DNA from: Chiloscyllium plagiosum | Lineage: Eukaryota | DNA length: 64,000 bases | Assembly (NCBI RefSeq): GCF_004010195.1 | Contig: NC_057728.1 | Span: 52,406,401 to 52,470,400, forward strand | Direction of reading: 5' to 3' | Shown here: positions 47,801-59,800 of the stretch, piece by piece | Layout of the letters: each line of letters opens with the position of its first letter | Position numbering within the stretch: the first letter of the stretch is position 1 | Translations under genes and position numbers: made by a program | Notes under the pieces: generated by a model | What the model saw: only the letters and a program-made list of their open reading frames with translations | Told to the model about the DNA's origin: nothing | The model's database searches: none

Positions 47801-50800
47801 AACTATTGAATGTCAAGGGGTGCTAATCAGATCGTCTCTTATTTGGAGACAGCATTTATGTGGTAAGAATGTAACTTGCTACTTTTCAGCCTAATCTTGG
47901 ACATTGTCCAGGAATTGTAGCATTTGGACATGGACAGCTTCAGCATCTAAAGAGTCATAAATGGTGCTGAACAGTGCACAATCGTTGGAGAACACCCTCA
48001 CTTGTGATCTTACGATGGAGAGAACGTCATTAATGAAGCAGCTGAAGTAGCTAGGACACTACCCTGAACAACTCCTGCAGACATGTGCTGAAGCTGAGAA
48101 GACTGACCTCCAACAACCACAACCTTTGTCCTTTGTATCACATTTGACTCCAACCAGCAGAGAGTTTGCCTCTGATACCAACTGATTCCAATTTTGCTGA
48201 TGCTCCTTGATGTCACACTCCATCAAATGAAGCATTGATATCAAGAGCAGTCAATCTCACCTCACCACTGGAATTCAGCTCTTTTGTCCATGTTTGAACC
48301 AAGGCTGTAATGAGGTCAGGAGCTGAGTGGCCCTGGCAGCACCTAAACAGGGTGTCACTGAATGGATTATTGCTGAGCAGGTGCTGTTTGGTAGTATTGT
48401 TGATGACACCTTCCACCATTTTTCTGATGATCAAAAGTAGACTAATGGTGTGGTAATTGGTCAGGTTGGATTTGTCCTTTGTGTGCACAGGACATACATT
48501 GGCAATTTTTCACATTGTCTGGTTGATGCTAGTGTTGTAGCTTGGCTACGGGTGTGGCAAGTCCTGGACCATATTCAGTACGGTTGCCAGGGCCCATAGT
48601 CTTCGCAGTGCCTCAATCATTTCTTGATATTATAACATGGAGTGAAACAAATTGGCTAAAGACTGTGAAGTTGAGGACCTGTGGAAGAGGCCATGATGAA
48701 TCATCCATTCAGCAATTCTGTCTGAAGATTGTTGCAAATGCTTCAGCTTTATCTTTTGCACTGATGTGTTGGGCTCTTCCATCATTGTTTAATGAGTTGT
48801 TTAATTTAACCACCATCATTCACAACTGGGTATGATAGGATTGCAAAGCTTAGGTCTGATCTTTTGTTTGTGGGATCAATTAGCTCTATCAATCACTTGC
48901 TGTATGTGCTGTTTGGCATGCAAGTATTCCTGTAAAGCCCAAATTCGTCGATGCTTGTCATTTTTAGTAGCAACCTTAATTTAGAGAAATTACAGAAAAA
49001 AAATGTTCATTAGGCCACATTTTTCATCTCTGCACGCCAAATGAGGAGCACATGTCAATGGGTCACAGGTCAAAGAATTAGCACTGCAGTAGTATCATCT
49101 TTGGTTTGTGCTCTGTCAGTCCATTTCCCCATCTCTTGGGGAATCAGGACTGGTGAATTCTGCTTGTCAGAATTCCTTTAACGCCATGCACTTCAAGAAA
49201 AATGATTGCCAACCTCTATTGTGACAATCCTATGATACATTTATTTTCATCACATTATTTCACTGGTAATTTTTATTTTTCAATTCCATGCATATTGTGT
49301 TGGCTACTTACTGATTCATATGCCCTGAGTTGAATCAGCATTTCCGCCAGTTCCTTGTCTTTTTCCCTAGCATCTCTCTCTGCAAGGTCAGCCATACGCT
49401 TTGCTTCAAATGCTTTTTGCTCTGCTGCCTGTGTCTTTTGCTGGAGGAAGCCAATTTTGGTGTGCAGATTAAGTGTTGGAAAACCTCAAAAGAAATCATA
49501 ACCATATTTCAGTTACAAATATTTATATGACAATCAAAATGCATGACTTCAACAAAAGCAACAATGATAATGGCTTTCTATGAACACTGCAATATTTTCA
49601 TGAACATTAAAATTGCATCAAACTAAACTGTGCTGGTGCAAAACCTCAACCCAAGTTGAAGTTCAACTTGCTTAATGTTATTCTACAATAATTCCTTCCA
49701 TTGTCAACCCATTCTTAAATAAAGATGTCTTCTACTTCAACCACCTGTACACAGTTCCCAACAAGCCTCTATGCAAAAAGAAAATTTTCTTCTGTTTTTT
49801 TGTTCAATGTATTTTATCTTAATTACTTGAAATGGTCAGAGTTTGCTGACTCAACATTGTAAGCATTCCCATGAAATAACTCTGACTTTTGTAGTCCTCC
49901 AACAAAAAAGAAATACTGGTGAGGATTTTGGCGTCATTGTGGAGGCACATTCAATCAAGGCATTCAAAAGGGAATTGGATTATCTGAAAAAAACGAAAGG
50001 CCAGGCTGCAGTGAAAAGACAAGGGGTTTTCACTCGGGTGAATTGCTTCTTCAGAGGGCCAGCATAGACAGGACAGGCAAAATGGCTTCCTTCTGTGCCT
50101 TAACCATTCTGTAATTGAGCCATATTTCAAATTCATTGAATACATAATGTCAACAGTCCTCGAGCAGAACTCTATAGAACACAACTGAAAATGTGTTGCT
50201 GGAAAAGCGCAGCAGGTCAGGCAGCATCCAAGGAGCAGGAGAATCGATTTTTCGGGCATGAGCCCTTCTTCAGGAATGATGCTGCCTGACCTGCTGCGCT
50301 TTTCCAGCAACACATTTTCAGCTCTGATCTGCAGTCCTCACTTCCTCTATAAAACACAAACCAACTTCTATTCACGATGAGAAGTTGTGCTTAGTTCCTC
50401 CTCACTGGCTCTTCTGTAGTATCCAGTTTTCAATACAATTTTCTATTTCTTACCCAATAGCCTTATCCCATATCCCTTAGTTTATTCCCTTTCGATGACA
50501 TTCTGAAGGCCCATTCTCCTGACTTCAAGTCCATTAGGCACATCTGTCTTTTGTCAACTCCTGTGTTAGGAATGCAAACATCATCTTTCTGTTTTAGATC
50601 TGTGTAACTACTTCTGAAAATGTTCTCTTTACCTAGAAGGTTATTAAAGTCATTAATTAAATGTATGATTTCCCAAACAAAGTTAAACCAAATAGCATAT
50701 AATTATTAAACTGGCTCCTTTCCCTGTTTGAAAACAAGCAGCTCATTAGCTATTCTCCAATGCATAAATGCAGACAATGAAACCCTGGACTACCATTTTT

Positions 50801-53800
50801 AAGAGCCCATTCCTTCACTCATTTTCCTTAAGATCTTCAGATCAAACACTTTGGCTATCGAATACAAGCACTGAGTTTTCTTCATGTTACTTACAAACAA
50901 GGAACAGGAGTAGGTCAATTGGTTTACATTTGCTCCGCCATTTGATAAGATCAAGATTATTCTGATGATGGCCTGAACTTCACCTTCCTGCCTAGCCCCA
51001 ACATCCTCTGACTCCCTGGTTAGTCAAGAATTTATCTACTTCTGCCATAAATATATTCAATGATCCTGCTTCCACTGCTTCATGAGGAACAGTTCCACAG
51101 ATTTAAGACTCAGAAAGAAATTCTCAGCATCTTCATCTTAAATGGGAGTCCCCTTATTTTTATACCATAATCCTTAGTTTACATCTGATATTTTCCTTTT
51201 TGTATATTATTGTGCTTGATCGCCTTAGTTTCAAGATAACTGCAATGTTTTTTCATAATCACCTTATATAAAATAATCTTACATTTAGTGCATAACATTT
51301 GATGACACAAAGATAAATAGGAAAGTGAGTTGTAAAGAAGACATTTCAAAGGGATAGAGACAGGTTAAGTGAGTGGAATAAGATTTGGCAAAAGGAGAAT
51401 AATGTGGGAAAGTGAGAAATGATCCATTTGGCAAAAAGAATTTTTAAAGAAGTACATTATCTAAATGGTGAGAAGTTGAAGAGTTCTGGGATGCAGAGAT
51501 CTGGATGGCTTAGTGCATGAATCACAAAAGGTTAGTATGTAAGTGCAGCAAGTAATCAAGAAATTTAATTAAATGTTCTGGTTTTATTGCAAGACAAAAT
51601 GAAGAGTCAGATGGTTATGCCTCAATTGTGAAAGGCATTGACGAGACTGCATCTCAAGTACTGTGTACAGTACTAGTCACCAGACTTGCAGAAGGATGTT
51701 AATGTATTGAAAGCAGTTTCAAGAAGATTTACGATACTAATATCTGAAATGAGTGGATTGCCTTGTGAGGAAAGGCTGAACCTGTATCATCTGGGGTTTA
51801 GAACAGTCAGAGGTGACTTAATGGAAACATAAGATCCTGAGAGGCTTGACTAGGTGGGCATGGAAAGGATATTTTCTCTCAGGTAAATTTAGAACTAAGG
51901 ATCATAGTTTAAAAATAAGGGGTTGCCCATTTAAGAAAGAGATGAAGAACCACTTTTCCCCCTTCGGAGGATTGAGTGTCTTTGGAATTCCTCGACAAGA
52001 AGTGAACGCAAAATCTATAAATATTTTTAAAGTGTAGGTAAAATAGGCCCTTGATTACAAAGGGAATGAAAGATTATCAGGGACATGCAGGAATGTAAAT
52101 TAAAATCAGATCAGCCATGATCTTATTGAATGGTAGAGCAAGCCCGAAGGGACGTGGCCTATGCTTGTTCCTGGCTTAAATGTTACTTTATTTGCTTCAG
52201 ATTATATACAATATAGTTCATGTAGATTGGTACTTGATTCTTTCTCTAGCTGCATTTTCAAGCCTTCAATGATTTGTACATTATTATTCGCTTCTTTGGT
52301 GTATTGTTCTATTTGTCCCACCAGAGCCTTAATTTGATCGTCACGTTCTTGCAGAACCTGCAAAGAAACATTTTGAATCACATTCACTTTTAAAAGGAAA
52401 GCCTTGGATTAAATGGCAATAGCTGCACATGAGGAATAAGCATAAATACAAATTAGAAAAAAATGATTTTAAAAAGTTCACATTGTGTGTAGCAGAACTT
52501 AATAACATATTGCAACAGTAGCATATTTAGGTAAGTTCACATAGGCCAATGCCCAAGACAAGTTGAAATCAACAATAACATCCAAAAGAGGGCAAGAGAC
52601 CTTGTGGTGACAAAAGACACATTAAGAATTAAGCTGAGGAAAACCATTCAAGTCTACTGTTATCCATTGTTGGCAGGAATTAGGCAACAAATTGTGATCT
52701 TCATAATTAGAATAAATCTTTTTTTCAGTGAAGTGAAGAATTCAACCGCTGGAGAGATACCCACAACAAAATTCTTAGCTCTTGTAGCTATAGTATTTGG
52801 CTGGTCCATTTCAGCTTCTAGTCAAAGGTAACACCCACCCACCACCCTCCACCCCCACCATGGTATTTAAATTTTCTCTTGCTTGAGGTGGTCATTGCCT
52901 GGCACTTATGTGGTACAAATGTTACCTTCCACTTTATCAGCTGAGACTGCATATTTAGGTCAGAGTGGTGCTGGAAAAGCACAGCAGGCCAGGCAGCATC
53001 CGAGGAGCAGGAATATCGACATTTCGGGCAAAAGCCCTTCATCAGGAGATTGCATGTTGTCTAGGTTTGCTGCATATGGACATGGACTATTTCATATTTG
53101 ACGAGTCACAAATGGCACTGGACATTGTGCAACCATCAGCAAACATCCTCACTTCTGACATTATGATGATGGGAATGTTATTTATGAAGCAGCTAAAGAT
53201 TGTTGGGCCAAGGGATTGAGATGACTGACCTCCAACAACCACAACCATCTTCCATAATGCTAGACGTAACTCCAACGAGCAATGTGCTTTCTCACTGTTG
53301 CCATTTACTCCAGTTTTGCCTGGGCTCCCTAATGCCATTCTTAGTCAAAAATTGCCTTGTTGCTAAAAGCAGTCACTCTTCCCACATTTCTGGACTCCAA
53401 CTTTTGTCTGTGATTGGGACAAGGCTGTCATGCAGTCAGGAGTTGAGTAGGCTGGCAGAAAACAAACTGAGTGCCAATAAACAGATTATTTCTGAGCAAG
53501 TGCTGCATGACAGCACGGTCAACAGCACCTCGCTTTGTTGATGATCAAGACTAGACTGATAGGACAATAATCAGTCAAGTTGGATTTGTCATGTTTTTGG
53601 CGGACAGAATGTACCGGAGTAATTGTCCACAATACCGGCTAAATGGCAAAATGTTGCATTGGAACTATACTGGAGTTTGATGGGGGGTTTGAGTAGTTCT
53701 GAAGCACAAGTCTTCAATACGATTTCCGTAATTCTGTCAAGACCTTTACAGTATCTAAATGTTACTTTATTTGCTTCAGATTATTTCCTTCAGCCACAGC

Positions 53801-56800
53801 ATCCAACAGTGACTGAAACATAAACTTCAATTTTGACTTCTTCTCTATGCACCCTATCAGTTATTCATGTTGACTGGATTCCCACCGCACTGGAAGATAC
53901 GCACTGCTGTTATTTGTGTATCAAACCTATAATTGGGTGATTTGCTTGATAAACAGAGTTTGCTACTGGTATGAATTGAAAAGCATCAATCCAATTTTGC
54001 ACATGCAGTACTCCACCTAACTGTGGTGTTGATCACAATGGCAGCCTTTTACAAAATTATTCCAAAGGTGCAATAAATATCAAAGATGGTGGAATGTAAA
54101 ATACAGATGTTTGCTCCATTACTGCAGAGATGTAAAGTAAAATTCAAACACCATAACTGGAAATGAAGAACTGTTATAAAGTGTTTTTTTGTGATATAAG
54201 TATAAACTTGAATGCTTTTGTTGGAAAAGCATGCTTACTGAACATCTTGTAGAAAATTAAAACAAACCACTAAGCAAATTAGGTGAAGTAAAAACAACAT
54301 AATGGAAAGGAATTTCCAAATATGTTGCAATTTCCTCCAGTTGTTATCTAAAGCATTATAATTAAATGACCAATTTTAATGTTATTCATCCTTTATAATG
54401 TGATTTTGTACAATAATTGGAGAACTGTTGGTATTCTAAACAAAGAGTGCTTCTTGGAAAGAAAATAAAATGGAGAAAAGTTACAGCAGATGAGTGAAGG
54501 AAAATTGTGATGCGTTTAATCATAAAGTAGTGGAAATTTACTTACTATTGGGAGTTCTTCTATGATCTAAAGATGACCATGATTGAAGGAAAGCAATAGG
54601 AAAGGATGAAGGCAAATGTATTTTTACATTTTATAAGAACAGTTTACAGTGAAACCAGAGAAAAATAAATCTAATAGAATAAGAGTATGGCATACATAAG
54701 AAATTACTGAAAGCAAAGGGATTGAAATTAAAATTTGATCAATTACTATACCTGTTGGAGAGTAATGACGCTGCTCTTATCACTGTCAAACTCTGTAATT
54801 ACTAGTTTAGTTCGGAGTTCTTGCAATTTCTGTTGATACTCGCTGATTTCATTATCCTTGGCAGACAATACTTTCTGTGGAAGTTCAAAAATAGCCTTAA
54901 AATCTCAGCTGCCATTGCTAATTATAAGATAAATTTCAAACAAGCAGTGATAACTCAACACTTCATTTGAATAGCCGTAATTCACCTTCCATTCCTCAAT
55001 CTTTGCATTCACTGCCAACATCACAGGATCTTCTTCTTCAGTTGCAGCTTGCAGCTGGCTGGTCAGATCTTGCACCTGTTTATAGGAATGATGTGACAGT
55101 GTCAGCAACAGATTAAACATCAAACTTCTATATTAACTAAGCCTACCACATTCACAGCATATTACCCAGCTTTTTTTAAAAGAAAATGTCCAAGGTCTTG
55201 CCCTTAAATAAATCTGTGTGAATTTTGCTTTAGCAGTTGATCATTCAGTGTTAGGTGTTTTAAGCCTGCCATGCACCACTATGAATATCTTATGCTGTTT
55301 CCTTACTACATAACTAAGCACTGGTATAGGTTTACCATCTCTATTTCATCATGTATTTTATGGGTCTCAGTACAGATTTGAACTTCTGCCAACTCCTTCA
55401 TTTGTTGCCCATAGAATTTCCACAAACAGACCAAACCTTGTGTGAACTAAACTCTGCTCTTTCATATGAAGGACAGCATGCTAGAAAGTTAATAATTATC
55501 CTTTAATCTTAATAGTTTACATCAGTAAGATGGCATGCTTACATCAAGATGGTAAATAAAAAAGGGAAAGTTGTCATAGTCTTACCAGAGCAACAAGCTG
55601 CTCTCTTATAGAGTGATGACTGTTGGCAGTTCAACTGGAAGGTCACTATGCCTCAGGTAAGGCGAGAGGTTGAGAAGGTAAGTCCTTCAGGTCAATGTGT
55701 GAATTGAACCCAAACTGTTGGTATCTCACCACATCGCAAACCAGCTCACCAATCCCAAAGGTCATCAATAATACATTTTGAGTTTTGTTTGATTCACTGG
55801 TGTCTACTGAGAGTGTAATGCTTGCCCTTCCTCCTACTTGATTCTGCCAAACTCAAACGGCAGAGGCCAGAATGTGAACATCAGCCACAAGTAAAAACTC
55901 CACTTGGGTTTTCAAAGTCCAGAGGCCAGTGATCTGGTGTCAATATTCCAAGATTATTCAAAACTGATTCATTTAGTTATGATTAATGAAAGTAATTCTG
56001 GGCCTTGCCTGAAGCAACAGCTGCTCCTTTTCTCGTTTGAATTGGTCCATAGCACTGTCAGATTGCTGCACAATCAGTTTCATTTTGTTATATTCATCAG
56101 TCATCTTGTCCATCTCTTGCACGGACTCTTCCAGTTTTTGCTGCAACTGTTTGTTCTGTGCCTCCAGCTTTTCATTGGCCTCAGACAAATTCTAGATGTA
56201 GAAAAGAAAACCACAATAGTTTAAGAGGTGTAATCAGCAATTTGTTGCCAAACAGCATAGCCTTGTCTTTCCAAAAAACGGAACCACACACTTGGAGCAA
56301 AACCATATGTACACTTGTAAGCTTTAAGTTATCAAAGACCTAGTCTGGAAGGCATAGCAACCTTAACTGCTAAAAGTGTTAAAGCACCAACAATCTCAAC
56401 TCAATTTTCAGTTTGTTTATTTTTGTGATGCATGTGACATAAAGACATTCGAAATAGGAACAGCAGTAAGCCATATAGCACCTTAAGTCTTTGCTACTTT
56501 TCAATAAGATCAAGGCTACCCAGCTCAACCAATGTTCCTGCCCTCTGACTACACATACCTCATTTGTTGCCTATCCTTGATTACATTCTAACAGTGGCTA
56601 CCGTTTTTGTGGAAAACGCTTTATAACTGAAGGCAAGGTTTTGAGCCCTCTCCTATGGCACCTTTGTTGGTGGGAACATAGATCACAGAACATGACAGCG
56701 CAGGAGGGGCATTTCATCACGAAGGAGCATGTACCATTTCAATTAAGTCCATGCTGTAAAGTCCAGTGGATGGCTTTTCCATCAGTCTAAAGTTGACACA

Positions 56801-59800
56801 CCCTGTACCTCAGTCCATTGCCACTAGTATTCAATTAGCAATAGGCATAAGGCTTGATCTGTGAGCAGCATGATGGGCTTCAGTGTGGTGATGGTGGGGA
56901 AAGGCATTCAGTGCCTGATTGAGGGATCCAGAACTGTAAAAGGAATGGCCTACTGAAACTGATTTCCCATGTTGCGATGAGGCTTCCTCCATGACCTGCG
57001 ATTACTCACTGGTTCCTGGGTCCCATGTGATTTGAGGCCACAGGTAGGTGCAGTACCAACAGCAGCCACCTAAGGTATGCCAGCTGCCTGCTTATGATTG
57101 GCCAGCAGTCCTTGGTAATGGGCTGGCTCTCACTAGCTCTCCAACCCATGGCCAAATCTCACACAAACCTTCAGAAAGATTCTGCCCCCAACTGTTTGAA
57201 TGGCATTAAGAGCCAACCATAGTTGTGGTTGTCACTTAACTATCCTCTGAAATGGCCTAGCAAACCATTCAGTTCAAGGGCAATTAGGGGTAAACAACAT
57301 GTGTCAGTGACACTCTCATCCCATCAAAGAAAATAAATACAAGGTGGAATTACTAGCTAGAAAATACAATTGGAGGTACCTGAATTTCATCCAAATATTG
57401 TGCAAGCTCCTTGTTCTTTTTGGACAGCTGTATTCTGTAGTCTGAATCATCTCCTCTCCTATTAAGGAGAGTCTCCCGCTGAGAATCAATTTGTTTCTGA
57501 TAGTCAATAACATCTTGACGTAGCTGATCATTCTGCAAAAAGTATCAATAATCCAGAAGGTTCATGGTTGTTTAATTTACAAGATAACTAAAAAACATTC
57601 TCGAAACCATTGATGATGTAGTCTAATTGCACTAATAATGGTGATCATCAGTTATTTAGCCAGGCATTTTTATGGTGCTCTTACCTTTCTTTTAAGTTTT
57701 TCTTTCTTTGACACGAAAAGTGAATGAGAAAGAAAAGACTAAGATGGTCATGTTAGCAAGGACAAATACTTTAGTGAGAAAATCATTGATGTGACAGAAA
57801 CAAAAGGTACACAAGCAAAACTCAAAAAGGAAAGAAACTGAAAGTTGTTACAATGATTTGCAAATAAATGTTTTTCACTTAACCATTATCCACAATCAGA
57901 TTTATGTGTTTCTATCACTGACCTCTCTTCTCAGCTTGTTATTTTCATTTTCTATCTCCTTGATTCGAATTCCCACCTAAAGAACACAATAAAAAGGTAA
58001 ATTTCTGTATGGTATAATACAGAAAATATGTGTGGGCTTAGAAGCAATTATAAATAAGTAGTTTTCTGATACCACAAACTAAGCAGCGACTACATTATGA
58101 CATTATTCCTTTATTGCAGGTTGCAACATTCACTGATGTTGAGGAGAACTCTGATGAGCTGTAGAAACTTTCACTGCATTATTAATTTTCTAAAATGGTA
58201 GAGTGGACGATGGGTTGAAATTAAATAGCCATCCAGCACCTGTCAGTCATTAATATACCTTACCAAGCAGAAAACTGTTCTTGTACGGATGTCTGCAGCT
58301 TCCTCTATGCTGTGCTCATGATAAATGAACATAGAACTATCAGGAGCATGGAGACTTTCCATGGATTAGTAATAAGTATGGAATAGCTTTGGTGGCATGC
58401 ATATGTAAGCAGTTACGAGTGATAAATGACATCATTGACATCTAAGTAGTTTCTTAAAAGACTATTATTTTCGTCTATATCTTTTCCCAGATTCCATAGA
58501 CACATTGTTGGCACACATAACCACCTTGCAGGGATGGATTAAAGCAAGACAATCTTTGGGATCTGAACCAAATCTGAGCCTCTGTGACCTCTCAGGCATT
58601 GTGCAAAGGAGCTTGTGAGTTGTTTCAGATCAGGGGACTTCTCGTCCAAACAGCAACAGCTTGCAGCACCAAATCTTCTTATCTCTGACTCTCAAAACCT
58701 GTTGCCGTGCAATCTGCTGTGTTGTTAGTGAAGGATTTAAGATTATTAGGGCTGATTAACATATTTTAAACAAGCATCCTTGCCACTGGAATTGCACAGT
58801 ATGAAAAGTGCCGTACCTCATTTGCAGGGCTTAGTAACTTTGAGACAATAATCCTTGAGACAACTGGTAAAATAATGTATTGTGCATTGCACAATAGCCA
58901 GCAAATATATTAATCATGTATTTGCACTGCCCAATAACGAAACTTAACCAAGTTTCAGAGTTGGGGGATTCTTCAAAGCAGCAATGGAATCTTGAATCTC
59001 TAACTGTGCAGATTTCAAAACTGAGAGAAAGGCTGTTGCTTTTCGGCAACATGATTAAACAGCCTGCCATTTCCTAGCCCCTATTAAAATGAACCAACAA
59101 AACACTGCAGCTCAAAATGGAACATTTCAGTCATCATATTCTAATTCAGTGAACAGTGACCACTTCATTATTATACTCTAGTGTTTGAGGCAGATATTTG
59201 AAGTAAGACTCTTTTCAATTGTTAGATTTTCTCATGTAGATATATCCGTTGAAAGCACTCATCTGGATATGTCACACCATATTCAATGCAGCAATTACCT
59301 GTTCCCTGACGCAACCAGAGGTTAATGTTAGCATTCAAAGGGCGTGGCACTCTGATGAAAAATGGAGTCACATATATCACAAGTGTAACACTGTGGAATT
59401 TCTTCTATGGCTAAGCTATCCTTGCCTCTAATGCTCATTATATCCTGAAATGTTATGCTTTCATTTAACCACATATAACTCTGGGATACATTCAGTGTGT
59501 TCCAATCCATAAACATTCTCATCAAGACAGTGTGAGAATTGGCATCTCACTGCAAGTGGTTGAGGCAAATGGCACAAATGTACTTAAGTGAAGCATGATA
59601 AACACAAAGGAGAAAGTAGTTGAAAGTAAAGTTGACTGAATAGGATGAAGAGGGTGGCCAGCTATGTTCATGACAGGAGGTTGGCATACATTAGTTGGAA
59701 TGAATGGCCTGTTTTGGAATTGTAAATTGTCATTCTAATTAACTTCTTTTATCAATTCAATCCAATTTAAAAGACAAACAGATAAAATTATGGCAGGACT

